Of a stretch of 64,000 bases of DNA, positions 13,966 through 27,530 are shown piece by piece (position 1 is the first letter of the stretch; every line of letters starts with the position of its first letter). This DNA is from Octopus bimaculoides (lineage: Eukaryota): positions 43,805,547 to 43,869,546 of the forward strand of contig NC_068994.1 of assembly GCF_001194135.2 (NCBI RefSeq), written 5' to 3'. The notes below the pieces were generated by a model. That model did no database searches. It was not told where the DNA came from and was given only the letters and a program-made list of their open reading frames with translations. Made by a program: the position numbers and the translations under genes.

Positions 13966-14116
13966 CAGGAATTTCTTCATAAGGACTCATATCCTTTTTA
14001 TTCTGACTGCTATTTTGCAGTTTATGAGGAGATACATTGCTGCCATAGTGATCAGGAGTTGCAATGAACCTTCTTTCATGTCTTCCAGATGTCATTCCAA
14101 CTTCTTGAATACAAGC
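13966..14116 (-). CDS. Candidate internal coding exon (ACIQEVGMTSGRHERRFIATPDHYGSNVSPHKLQNSSQNKKDMSPYEEIP), host gene unidentified
   Basis: Acceptor gatatctgtcttcttag| and donor CTG|gtgagt. 151 nt of non-repetitive sequence with exactly one open frame (phase 0 to phase 1). Confidence 0.55.
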
Positions 14117-15164
14117 CTAAGAAGACAGATATCAAACATGTAGCTTTTTTACAATTGAAATATATTCATAAATAGCTAAGGTATGTATTTGTATTCTTAG
14201 GTGTGCTTGGTGCACATCACACACCCACAAATGTCATGAAATGATTGATGATTTAATAAATTTGTTGTAAGTAAATTACATATTTGCAATTTATTACAAC
14301 TTTTGCATAATGTTTAGAAAGATGCTATTCATAATCCATGAATAGATGCTAATATTTATTGAAATCTCCTGCATTATATATAATATAATATAATATAATA
14401 TAACATAATATAATTTGCTGTCATTACCAGAAGTACCATAGTTTCATGGTAAACTCTCACAGTGTGCTTAATCTCCATTGTGAGATCAATTCCTGGTTGA
14501 GCCACTCCCTTTCAAGTACTCTGCAATTTCTTATCGTGATCAATAGCTTGGAAAGGTTAAAACATGATATGATGTTTTTATAAATACATTTGAGAATACC
14601 ACTACATAATGTTCATCACACCCAGTTTAGTTCCCAAGGTACAGAATATTAGTTATAATCATGGAATTAGGAACTCACAGCCAGGCATGCTTTTTCTAAG
14701 ATCATTGGTAAAGTGAATGAAATAGCAATGACTTGTAATTGAATCTACAACTTTTACCACCACCACTCTGGAAGCAGCATTTGAATTACTTGAATGGTAA
14801 ATTGCTAGTTTATCACTTTAGTTAAATACCCTTATCACCTAATATTTTTGTATAATAGTGACCTTAAGTTTTGACTTCGAACAATGATAGAAACCTCTTA
14901 TATTTGAAGGGTGCATTGGTTTAAATGTAATCTAATATGGTTCATTAAAAAGTTTTATCAAATATATGAAAAAAAAAAAAAAACGAAAATATATTTATTG
15001 TGAAAATGTAATTACAAATACTTTTAAAGTAAGACACAAAAAATGTAAACCAATAGGTTTATACACACACATAAACACACATAATGAATAATATAATACA
15101 AAAATATTTCTACTATAGACTCAGGGCCTGAAATAAATATACTACAATAAAGGTAATGACCCTT

Positions 15165-15462
15165 TTTAGTTATGAATGACCATGGCACAAGTCTGGACAA
15201 GGTTGTTTATGGAAAACCAACAGTCACCCATACAGACCAGCCTCTCCTCTTTATGCCACTGATGTTACCCAAGGGAAAGGCAAAGGCCAATACAGCTTGG
15301 CACTCGTGATGTCTCAACTCATTTCTACAGATCAGTGAACTGGAGCAACATGAAATAAAGTGTCCTTGCTCAAGAACATAACACACAGCCTGGTCTGAGA
15401 ATTGAACTCACTACTTCATGATTGTGAGCTTGACACTCTTACCACTGAGCCATGTGCCTTCA
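15165..15462 (-). mobile_element. tRNA-headed SINE family C (others near 15815-15965 +, 28420-28580 -, 62500-62880 -)
   Basis: Minus head ...CATGGCTCAGTGGTAAGAGTGTCAAGCTCACAATCATGAAGTAGTGAGTTCAATTCTC, then TTCTTGAGCAAGGACACTTTATTTC (CORE-like by recollection). Confidence 0.7.
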
Positions 15463-16494
15463 CTATCATTAACAAAAATGTTAACCTAATGCAAAATTCC
15501 AAGTCCTTCTGGAAGGCTATACATAAGGGTGGTCTGAATGACTGCACATGGCTATAGGGTCACAGATTGACTTCACCTACCCCCTAGAATCAGACTAAGG
15601 ATACAGAAATATTTTATTGAAATCTTGTCTTTTAATGCCTTTTGTCTGCACAGTTTTGGCAATATTGTGACAGTAAAATAGTTGTTCCTGTCACATCAAG
15701 GTTCAGCTACAATTAAGAAATTCACAGTGGGAGAACAAACAGGATATATTTATTTGGAATAAGAAAGAACATATAAAAATACACAATATTTACTGATATG
15801 GAGGTATGAAAGTGAATGTACATGGCCTAGTGATTAAGGTGTTGCACTTATGATTGCCTGATTTTGGTTTCAATTCCCAGGCTGGCAGTGCATTGTATTC
15901 AAGAACGAAACACTTCATTTCGTGTTGCTTAGGTCCACTTAGCTGTAAGTGAATAACCCTCTGAGTCCAAGAGTCCAAGACAGTAATGTCCAGGGTATGT
16001 TGCTGCTGCTAGTGTTGCTGTTGTTGTTGTTGATGATGATGATGATGATGAAGGTGCTAGAATCAATTGCAGAATATTGAGTAGAAGTACAAGCATGGCA
16101 ATGTGTTCAAAAAGTTCACAACTAGGGCGACTTCAAGTGTGATTCCAGTGTGACTCTTTGGGCAAATGGTTTCTGAGTAAAGTTTCATAAGTGAAATTTA
16201 GTTGGCAGAAAATAAACTCTGTGGATGATCATATTTTTGATTGTTGCTATTCTTGGGCAATAGAATTAATCCATGATCCACTTTTAACACCACCCAACCA
16301 CTACCGCCACCTGGATCTCAGATACCTTCTGCAGAGTTCACTCTGTTGCAAACATTCAGGTCAGGTCTCCAACTTAAGGATAACTTCCACTATTCCTTCC
16401 ACAACTGTAAGAGGTCCTGAAAAGAGTAATGGAGGCACCATTCCTCCTCTGACTAAACCATAAGAAAACAAGTAAAAAGATTAAAAAGAAATCA

Positions 16495-17045
16495 CATCCT
16501 TCGCTTGCAAAGACCTGTTGAGGCAAGTGAAATCAAAATCGAACTAAATTCGACGACTGGCACCCATGCCAACGTCGTCTCCTTCACTGGACAAGAAACT
16601 CGGCTTGCGAAGACCTGTTGGGGCAACTGGACATGAAACTCAGCTTGCAAAGACCTGTTGGGCAAGCAAAAGTGAAATCGTGATGGTACCTGTGCCCAGC
16701 GTCGCCTTCCTGGCACTTGTGTCGGTGGCATGTGTAAAGACATTTGAGTGAGATCGTTGCCAGTGCCGCCAGACTGGCTCCTGTGCAGGTGGCACATAAA
16801 ATACACCATTTTGAGCATGGCCATTGCCAGTACCGTCTGACTGGCCTTTGTGCCGGTGGCACGTAAAAGCACCCACTACACTCTCGGAGTGGTTCACGTT
16901 AGGAAGGGCATCCAGCTGTAGAAACTCTGCCAAATCAGATTGGAGCCTGGTGTAGCCATCTGGTTCACCAGTCCTCAGTCAAATCGTCCAACCCATGCTA
17001 GCATGGAAAGCAAACGTTAAACGATGATGATAATGATGATGATGA
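16495..17045 (+). mobile_element. RTE-related short element or truncated RTE 3'UTR with (GAT)n tail
   Basis: Ends CGTCCAACCCATGCTAGCATGGAAAG..CGTTAAACGATGATGAT. The same 3' segment follows RTE coding sequence at 58915-59312. Internal subrepeats CTTGCAAAGACCTGTTG x3 and GGTGGCACRTAAAA. Further copies at 47933-48092, 50603-50708, 9528-9720 and 18310-18460. Confidence 0.8.
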
Positions 17046-18017
17046 TAACTGATATCCATTTACATTACTTGAATCTTCTTGATTATTTCTATATAGTTTA
17101 TAAACAAAGAAAAGTCATGCTCTGTGTCTGTAACACTAGACAGACATTTCATAAAACCAAACCCACTTTAGACAACCTTCAGTTCTAAAGTAAAAATTTA
17201 CTGTCTTAAAGTGTTATAAATCTAAACTTTCCATCAAAATTTCATGTTAATCTATCTTCCAAATACCAGATTAATAATGCCAAAGTTATTTTACTAAACT
17301 TCTCATTACTTTAAAATGTAACTGAAACAACAACAATGTATTTCAACAGAAATATGGTAACAAAAGTGTTTTCTGGTTCAGTACTCATAAGTCACATGTT
17401 GTTGCTGTTTTTGTTGGTGTCGGTGGTCCTATTGATTTTTAGCACTAATTCACCTTAACCTCATTAAAACACAGTAACATACCATTTCTTCCTTTTTTTT
17501 TTTGTTCTTCTAGGAGGGGGTCAGCAAAGAAGCCAAAATATCCTAAGATATAACAGCCTACTGTTTTAAAAGGAATGATTCATTGGAAACTAAAAGATAA
17601 GATAGTTTGTGACAAGAATGCTTTTGATCACAGGTCTTATTCAAGATTGAACTGGGGCCAAACTACAACAGCAAGTAAAAAGTTACCTTTGGCTAAATGC
17701 ATATTCTTTGATCTATTAGCAACTAATGTCAAACTTATTTCTGGCTATATAAACCTATTAATTCTTCATTACAGTCTGACGTGCCANNNNNNNNNNNNNN
17801 NNNNNNNNNNNNNNNNNNNNNNNNNNNNNNNNNNNNNNNNNNNNNNNNNNNNNNNNNNNNNNNNNNNNNNNNNNNNNNNNNNNNNNNNNNNNNNNNNNNN
17901 NNNNNNNNNNNNNNNNNNNNNNNNNNNNNNNNNNNNNNNNNNNNNNNNNNNNNNNNNNNNNNNNNNNNNNNNNNNNNNNNATATATATATATATATATAT
18001 TTACACATATATATGTG

Positions 18018-18062
<45 letters not shown>

Positions 18063-18084
18063 CTAGCTAGCTAGCCACTACACA

Positions 18085-18248
18085 TTCTTTATTTTCTCTC
18101 TTTGTTTCTTTCTGTGTTCCTTTCTGTGGGAGAGCATAGGCTCAAAATGTTAAAGACTTTTTCACTTCCCCAAGCGTTAAACTAATACATCTGCTTGTTG
18201 TCTACACCACCTGTCTTTGTTTTTTGTTCTTTTGTGAATTCTCCCCCT
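18085..18248 (+). mobile_element. Probable PLE terminal-repeat fragment with degenerate hammerhead-like motif
   Basis: cttt-CTGTGGG-a-gagc/atag/gctc-AAAA-tgtt-aaag. Helices I and II are preserved; the core is degenerate. Confidence 0.4.
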
Positions 18249-19014
18249 ATATACACATATATATGTATATATACATACATATATATGTATATATACATAA
18301 GCACTATTCATGTGCGAGTCGCTGCCAGTGCTGCCTGACTGGCTCCCCATGCTGGTGGCACATAAAAAGCACCATCCAAATGTGGTTGATGCCAGACTCC
18401 CCTCCCCCGCCCCAACTGGCTCCCCTGCCGGTGGCACGTAAAAAGCACCCACTGCACTCTCATAGACACATACATGCATATATATATATCTATGATGGGC
18501 TTCTTTCAGTTTCTGTCTACCAATCACAAGGCTTTAGTTGGCCTGAGGCTATAGTGGATGACACTTGCTCAAGGTGCCACACAGTGAGACCAAACCTAGA
18601 ACCACGTGGTTGGGAAGCAAGCTTCTTACCGCACAGCCACACCTGCACCTATATGGTCACAATATTTTACTTCTTTTTTTATTGCTTGGTTGGAGGAGAA
18701 AAAAAATGGTACCCACTGTCCCTGCCCCCACTTTTCTTCTTTTCATTGGAACCTCTGAGTTTCTGAGGAAGAGAGGAAGTCAGGTTCAGACTGGTGACCT
18801 TAACTGAATTGATTGAGTATAAGCTTGTATGATCAACACTGAAAGGGATGGGAAGTAAAAAAAAAACAATAGCAACAATAACAACAACAACAACAGCAAC
18901 AACATTTACAGTCAGCATGCATATGAAGTACAAATCTCAGTTAACATAATCCCCATTAAAATTCTTCTTTCTCACTGAATCTTTAAAAACATAAAAGAGC
19001 TACCATCTTATTAC

Positions 19015-19216
19015 CACCAACATCACCCTCATCATCATCATCATCATCATCATCACCCTCATCATCATCATCATCATCATCATCATCACCTTCATCATCA
19101 CTACCACCACCACTACCACCACCACCACCACTATCATCATCATTGAGGTCGTCATTGTCATCGTCCGTCACCCTCATCACCATCACCACCACCACCACCA
19201 TCACCATCATCATCAT
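19015..19216. repeat. (CAT)n/(CAC)n compound microsatellite
   Basis: Direct reading. Confidence 0.9.
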
Positions 19217-20089
19217 TAAGAATCACTATTAAAATAAAGGAAATACACATAAATTCCAGGAAGCAGAAATCCATTCCCTGATAGCAAGTTTGCCAACAAA
19301 AATAGTCTTGATGAAAAACACCCACTTCATTAGAAAGAGAATGAAACAGTATATTCTAAGCTTCCTAATTGTATTACAATTTGCTCATTTGTAAGGAAAC
19401 TTCCAGAAAGTTTATGAATACTACTAAATTGGAAGTGTAAAAATATCAAGTGCTATATCATCAGACTTAAACAACATCAGAAAAATTCATCTGCTTACTC
19501 AATGCAGAAATCAAAAAGTTTCTACAAAAATGACTAATGAAACAGAATAATTTTCCAAACATACTTCAGATATAAGGCATTCCTCTTCATTATGACATTA
19601 TTTGGAAAATATTGTTGGGACTTTCCAACAGTTATCAAATATACTAAATATTTTAATTGAAATACAGATATTAAAAGAAAAAAAATTTTTTTTCAACATG
19701 ATGGAAAATAGAGATTTACCATTGTAAATTTTAATTTCTTTCTGCTTATTGATTGACCATGAGTCTACAGTGTCCTGCTGTTGTTGTTATTGTTGTTTTT
19801 ATTGTTGTTGTTGTTGTTGTTTCTATTACTGTTGTTGCTGATGTTTTCACTAGTTGTGGCATTATTATTTTACATGAATAAACACAATGGTTAATGCCAC
19901 TAAATTCTTTTACAGTAATTATGGTTGAGAGGTAGAAACTTACATAGGAAGACAATAGATCATATTAGACATGAATTTCAAAGAAGTTTTATGTATCTAT
20001 ATATAGCAGGGCTTGGCTCATCAGCTCCTGACTCACCAGCTCTGGTCAAACTGTCCAGCCCATAGATAATGATAATTATCATCATCATC

Positions 20090-20495
20090 ATCATCATCAT
20101 CATCGTTTAACGTTTGCTTTCTATGCTAGCATGGATTGGACGATTTGACTGAGGACTGGTAAACCAGATGGCTACACCAGGCTCCAATCTGATTTGGCAG
20201 AGTTTCTACAGCTGGATACCCTTCCTAACGCCAACCACTCCAAGAGTGTAGTGGGTGCTTTTACGTGCCACCGGCACGAAGGCCAGTCAAGTGGTACTGG
20301 CAACGGCCATGCTCAAAATGGTGTATTTTATGTGCCACCTGCACAGGAGCCAGTCCAGCGGAATTGGCAACGGTCTCGCTCGAATGTTTTTACACATGCC
20401 ACCGGCACAAGTCTCAGGAAGGCGACGCTGGGAACAGGTGCCATCCCAATTTTGCTTTCGCTTGCCCCATCAGGTCTTCGCAAGCCGAGTTTCGT
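20090..20495 (-). mobile_element. RTE-related short element, inverted relative to 16495-17045
   Basis: Close reverse complement of about 16600-17030. Confidence 0.85.
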
Positions 20496-20942
20496 GTGTA
20501 TAATATATATATAGACCAATATAGACCAATAGAATAAGTGCCATGTTTAACAAGAATTAAGTATTGGGGTCAATTCATTTGACTAAAAATTCTTCAAGGC
20601 AGTGCCCCAACATGGCCACAGTCTAATCACAAAAACAAGAAAAAGGTAAAAGATATATATATTAGTATTTGATAACAGTTTGATTCATCTTGATGCAACT
20701 TAAAGTTTCATAATTTGGGCATGCAAATATAACTCTTCAGACCCAATTACCTGAGCCTGGAAAGCTAGGCTCTTGTGGTGAGTTCTACGAAACTTTAAGC
20801 TACATGGAGTTGAATCAATCTGTTATTAGATAATAATATATGTAGTTCCACCAAATATTTTGAGTGCCTTTCTTTCATTTGTCCACTCAATCAAATATAT
20901 ACACACGTTTATGTGTGTGTATGTATTCTATTATTCTTTTAA

Positions 20943-21349
20943 TCTTTTGTTTCTTTCAGTCATTTGACTGCAGCCATGCTGGAGCACCGCCTTTAGTCAA
21001 ACAAACTGATCCCAGGGCTTATTCTCTGTAAGCCTTGTACTTATTCTATCGGTCTCTTTTGCCAAACTGCTATGTTACAGGGATGTAAACACACCAACAC
21101 CGGTTGTCAAGCAATGGTGAGGGAACAAACACAGACACAAAAACGTACACTCATGAACACACCCACACACACACACACACACACACATATAAACGACAGG
21201 CTTCTTTCAGTTTCCACCTAGCAAATCCACTGACAAGGCTTTGGTCGGTCCAAGGCTATAGTAGAAGACACTTGCCCAAGGTGCCACACAGTGGGACTGA
21301 AGCTGGAACCATGTGGTTGATGAACAAGCTACGTACCACACAGCCACTC
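20943..21349 (-). mobile_element. SINE-A full-length copy
   Basis: Family match. Confidence 0.9.
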
Positions 21350-21918
21350 ACACAAACACATAGAGCACATACATACACATATATATATATATATGTACAC
21401 ATTGTACTCCAATAATTTTGGGTTTCTAACTGGTTTTGGATACGATAACTGTTCACAGTGGAAATACCACAAATAATTCACTGAGCTGTAGAATGATTTG
21501 TGGATAGAAGCCAATGTATTTCTTTTGTTGCCATTTGCAGAGAGAAATTAGGAGAGTAGCTAGTAGGATGTTGTCCATTGTTCTATAAAAATATTTGTGT
21601 ACATACATGCATGTGTATTTATGTATGTATTCATCATTTTTTTTTTTTTTTTCTAATCTGTCTTTGAGAGGTAGAGACAATATTGTAATTAGGATTAGCT
21701 TTAGAATTTAGGACTAAAGAAGAAAGATGTTATTTTTTGAAGTTTATTTAAAGCTTACCAGCATGAGTTTCCACCATGTAGTTAATCCTTAGATAAACTT
21801 ATAACGTAGAAAAAAAAAAATCTATAATTTCAATGCTAATACTTATTACAGTATTCTCTCTACCTCACAAAAATAGAAAATGAGTAAAATAAACTCGCAA
21901 AAGCATNNNNNNNNNNTA

Positions 21919-21961
<43 letters not shown>

Positions 21962-22003
21962 TATATATATATATACATGCATGCATACATACATACATAC
22001 ATG

Positions 22004-22036
<33 letters not shown>

Positions 22037-22291
22037 TATATATATATATATACATGCATGCATACATACATACATACATGTATATATATATATACATATG
22101 TTATATGCATGCAATTACTCTAGAGAACAATGAAATGCATGCTACCTGCAGCAGAGATGGAACTGAGCTGGAATAATAAACATCACCCACAATTCGATTT
22201 TATGCATGCATATATATATATACATATACGTGTGTGTGTGTGAGTCAGGCGTATACATAAAGCATGCATAATTTATAATATGGAAATGCAT

Positions 22292-22710
22292 AGGCGTAGG
22301 AGTGGCTGTGTGGTAAGTAGCTTGCTTACCAACCACATGGTTCCGGGTTCAGTCCCACTGAGTGGCACCTTGGGCAAGTGTCTTCTACTATAGCCTTGGG
22401 CCGACGAAAGCCTTGTGAGTGGATTTGGTGGACGGAAACTGAAAGAAGCCTGTCGTATATATGTATATATATATATTTGTGTGTGTGTGTATGTATATTT
22501 GTGTGTCTGTGTTTATCACCCCAACATCGCTTGACAACCAATGCTTGTGTGTTTACATCCCCGTAACTTAGCGGTTTGGCAAAAGTGACCGATAGAATAA
22601 GTACTAGGCTTACAAAAAATAAGTCCTGGAGTCGATTTGCTCAACTAAAGGCGGTGCTCCCAGCATGGCCGCAGTCAAATGACTGAAACAAGTAAAAGAG
22701 ATAAAAGAGA
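22292..22710 (+). mobile_element. SINE-A full-length copy, sense orientation
   Basis: AGGCGTAGGAGTGGCTGTGTGGTAAG...GGTTCAGTCCCACTG...GACTGAAACAAGTAAAAGAG. Confidence 0.92.
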
Positions 22711-23049
22711 TATACATATATATATGTATATATATACACATATATATACATATATATATACATAAAAACTACCTTTCTTTCCTTCTCTGAGCATCTGCTA
22801 ATACTTTGCATGTACCATGTCCTCGGGTTGTAATTTTTTTTTCTTGTGTGTGTTCTTAATTTTTTTTTGATTTACTATTTACTGCATGCTCACACGGACC
22901 CCCAGCCTTCCAGCTGACTTTGGAGTACCTAATTCGCGGGATTCTTTTTACCATCAGATTACATTACTTTGTTCATTCGGAACATGTATGTGTGTATGTA
23001 TGTATATTTATATGTATAGATATAGATATAATACATATATGTATTTGTA

Positions 23050-23456
23050 TCTCTTTCTCTTTTCTCTTTTACTTGTTTCAGTCATTTGACTGCGGCCATG
23101 CTGGAGCACCGCCTTTAGTCGAGTAAATCGACCCGAGGACTTATTCTTTGTAAGCCTAGTACTTATTGTATCAGTCTCTTTTGCTAAACCGCTAAGTTAC
23201 GGGGACGTAAACACACCAGCATCGGTTGTCAAGCAATTTTGGGGGGAGACAAACACAGACACATAAACACACAAACATACATATGTATATATACATATAT
23301 AAATGACAGACTTCTTTCAGTTTCCGTTTACCAAATCCACTCACAAAGTTTTGGTCGGCCTGAGGCTATAGTAGAAGACGCTTGCCCAAGGTGCCACACA
23401 GTGGAAATGAATCCGGAACCATGTGGTTGGTAAGCAAGCTACTTACCACACAGCCA
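23050..23456 (-). mobile_element. SINE-A full-length copy
   Basis: Family match; tail-to-tail with 22292-22710. Confidence 0.9.
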
Positions 23457-23836
23457 TACAGATAGACACACAGATTTTTTTCGCCTCCACCAGAGTCAAT
23501 ATTATATATTAACTTTATATAAATATCAATATATATTAAATATTAACCTTATCTAAAGCATACATATAATATAAAACTACTGAGGTATCTAATAGATTGT
23601 GCAGGTGTTTATTTTTGTCTTTATAAATAATGTTTTTAATAGGACATTAGTTATTAATGTATTTGACAAAATACTTTATGCTTTTGAGTTATTGTCTTTT
23701 ACATTCTGAATTCAAAACCTACATATGTCAAGATTACCATTTAGCCTTCTGGGTTTGTTGAAATAAGTATCAGTCAAATACTGGCATTGATTTAATGAAC
23801 TGTTTCCTTCCCCAGAATTCGTGGCATTGTAGTTAT

Positions 23837-24255
23837 TTTACTCTTTACTCTTTTACTTGTTTCAGTCATTTGACTGTGGCCATGCTGGAGCACCGCATTT
23901 GGCCGAGCAAATCGACCCCAGGACTTATTCTTTGTAAGCCTAGTACTTATTCTAGAGGTCTCTTTTGCCAAACAGCTCAGTTACGGGGACGTAAACACAC
24001 CAGCATCTGTTGTCAAGCGATGTTGGGGGGACAAACACAGACACACAAACATATACACACACATACATATATATATATATATACATATATACGACGGGCT
24101 TCTTTCAGTTTCCGTCTACCAAATCCACTCACAAGGCTTTGGTCGGCCCGAGGCTATAGTAGAAGACGCTTGCCCAAGGTGCCACACAGTGGGACTGAAC
24201 CCGGAACCATGTGGTTGGTAAGCAAGCTACTTACCACACAGCCACTCCTATGCCT
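23837..24255 (-). mobile_element. SINE-A full-length copy (more or partial copies near 44800-45200, 51970-52360, 52381-52712, 58155-58515, 59330-59550, 61960-62390, 62920-63135, 63540-63745)
   Basis: Family match. Confidence 0.9.
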
Positions 24256-25894
24256 CATTATTAATATTATAACTAGGGCAAAGGCAGTGAGCCAGCAGAA
24301 TCATTAGCATGCTGGGCAAAATGCTTAGCGGAATTTCGACTGTCTTTTGTTCTGAGTTCAAATTCTGCTGTGGTCGACTTTGCCCGTCTTCCTTTCATGG
24401 TCGATAAAAGAAAGTACCAGTTGAACTCTGGTGTTGATGTAGTCATCTTATTTCCTCCTCAAAACCTCCTACCCTTGTGCCAAACTTTGGAACCAATATT
24501 AAAAGTAGGGCAAAGGCAAGCTCAGTGATAGATTTGGTAAAGCACTAGACCAAAGAAGTTCTTGTAGTCAGTTACAAGGTTTAGCAGTTTAAATTAAAAT
24601 CTTCTTGAGGTGAGTTTTTTTCCTTTCATTTTCTCAGAGTCAATAAAATTATATATTAATGAAATGAAGCGATTAATATAATACCCCAATAGGTACCTTG
24701 TGCTGATATTAGAAATGAATATTAATACTATTATCATAAGTTTTTCCTGTTCTGTCAATTTTGTTTCCATTTTTGCTAAGTGTCTTCTTGACACCTAGGG
24801 CAAAGAAACTTATTGTATACATCGAGAGGTCATTAAAATAAACTCACCAGATTGTTCGTTTACAAAATCAAATAAAATCATGAAGGAAAATAAACATTAT
24901 TTACATGGAAGGTTATCATTCTCACACTGACAATGCTCTTCTCAATACACATGGCATACTAGTTAAAACAATTTTTTTTGCCATTCTTGCAGGGCTGGTC
25001 AGCCAGGGATCATTCTCAAATAATAATAATAATAATAATAAAAAGTAGCAGCAAAAGAATGAGAACTCAATATTGGATAAATAGAGGATTATTTATGTTA
25101 TAATTTAGAACAGTAAAATGATATACGTATGTATATATGCGGGAGTGTGAATGTATGCCTGTATATAGGCTTCCATACAGTTTCGATCAACCAAAGTCCA
25201 CACTCACAAGGTGTTTGTTGACCCAGGACAATAGTAGAAGATATTTGCCTAAGGTGTCATGCAGTGGAACTGAACCTGCAACCATGTAGCTGCAAAGCAA
25301 ACCACCTGGCAACATAGTCATGAGAATGTTCTTTTTCACTCTAGGCACAAGGCCCGATATTTTGGGGGAGGGCATCAGTCAATTACATCGACCCTAGTAT
25401 ACAAATGGTACTTAATTTATCAACCCCGAAAGGATGAAAGGCAAGGTCAACCTCAGTAGAATTTGAACTCCGATAGTCATGAAAATATTAACTCAACAAA
25501 CCAATTTTTTCACCTCTAAAGAAAGAAGTAAAAAAATACAAAAAATAAACATGGGCTTCTCTCAGACTTACTCATAGAAATTCTCTTTTGATTTGCATAT
25601 TCTCTCTATCTGTGGCTCTAAGCAGTTGCAGTGCATTTAAAATAATGGGATTCATTCAGTATTTGCTATGTTACAGGTTCAATTCTATATGATTTCCTGT
25701 TAGGTTTGCTGATAATAGCACCCCATACATAAAGATTATTTTGTCTAGAAGGACTTCAAATGGGTTTCATTTTTATAAGGTATTTCTCAACTTTTCAGTA
25801 ATGAGATATTTACATTGGAATACACAGTTATGTATGCATGATATATATATTAACAAAAACTCATTTATATACACAAAACCCATCACTCACATAT

Positions 25895-25927
<33 letters not shown>

Positions 25928-26902
25928 CAAACACACTGATATATTAAAAAGTATCCATGAATTACAATCTCAGTATAAAATGCTAATGTCTGTGCATATG
26001 TATGTTTGCGTGTGTGTTAAAGTGTGCGTGTGTGCTAAAGTGTGCGTGTGTGTGTGTNNNNNNNNNNNNNNNNNNNNNNNNNNNNNNNNNNNNNNNNNNN
26101 NNNNNNNNNNNNNNNNNNNNNNNNNNNNNNNNNNNNNNNNNNNNNNNNNNNNNNNNNNNNNNNNNNNNNNNNNNNNNNNNNNNNNNNNNNNNNNNNNNNN
26201 NNNNNNNNNNNNNNNNNNNNNNNNNNNNNNNNNNNNNNNNNNNNNNNNNNNNNNNNNNNNNNNNNNNNNNNNNNNNNNNNNNNNNNNNNNNNNNNNNNNN
26301 NNNNNNNNNNNNNNNNNNNNNNNNNNNNNNNNNNNNNNNNNNNNNNNNNNNNNNNNNNNNNNNNNNNNNNNNNNNNNNNNNNNNNNNNNNNNNNNNNNNN
26401 NNNNNNNNNNNNNNNNNNNNNNNNNNNNNNNNNNNNNNNNNNNNNNNNNNNNNNNNNNNNNNNNNNNNNNNNNNNNNNNNNNNNNNNNNNATATACACAT
26501 ACATATATACACAGACATACATATGCATATATGTTTATTGAAGGTAGATATATGTGTGCTATTCATCTATGAATGCATACATACACACATACTCTCTCTC
26601 TCTCACACACACACATACACACACATGCACACACACATATTTATTTATATTTATATATTTATATAATGTGCATGCTATTATGATCATGACTGTGTGTATG
26701 TGTGTGTGTGTGTGTGCATATGAGTATGCATACCTATGCATGTGTATGTGTGTGTGAGAGAGAGAGAGAAAGTAAGAGAGAGAGAAAGTAAGAGAGAGAG
26801 AAAGAGATCTTGTACATACACAAATATACAATTTCCATAGCCACAAACATAATCAGGTATATGAAAATGGAAAAATATTGTAGAAAAAGAATAAAAAGAA
26901 AT

Positions 26903-26943
<41 letters not shown>

Positions 26944-27464
26944 CAAATAAATGTCCATGGAATAGAAATTAATTAAATATAAAAAAGTAGCGTCATTATA
27001 GAACTACCATTATCTGGCATAACAAACACAATGGGAATGTTTTTGGTGTAATATCAAATAAATGAGAAATTCAGAACTAAAAATATTTTACCAATGAAAC
27101 CTTCAACACAATGTTGGAAAGAGTATATAGATTGAAAGATTTCAAAATAGGCTGTGTTAAAAAAAGAGCATACATTATACATTATACGTATATGAATTTC
27201 CAACAACAAACACATACAGAGATATTTAATGTTGTTGTGCTACAGAAATATGTATGTATGTTAAATGACGAATATACAAAAAATATTATTACACATGAAT
27301 GTATGTATGTATGTGTGTGTGTATATATATATATGTGTGTGTGTGTCTGTGTGAGTGTATATATGTATGTATATGTATATATATTTATCTATTGATATAT
27401 ACACACACACATATATATATATATATGCAATATTATAGTGTGTGTATATTTACATATATACAAG

Positions 27465-27530
<66 letters not shown>

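Noticed and set aside
16495-16870. Repeat-spacer-like pattern (CRISPR-like)
   Set aside because: Irregular degenerate subrepeats inside an RTE-derived element in a eukaryotic context, with no cas genes
22292-22370. tRNA genes
   Set aside because: tRNA-like heads run straight into SINE bodies and lack a complete cloverleaf
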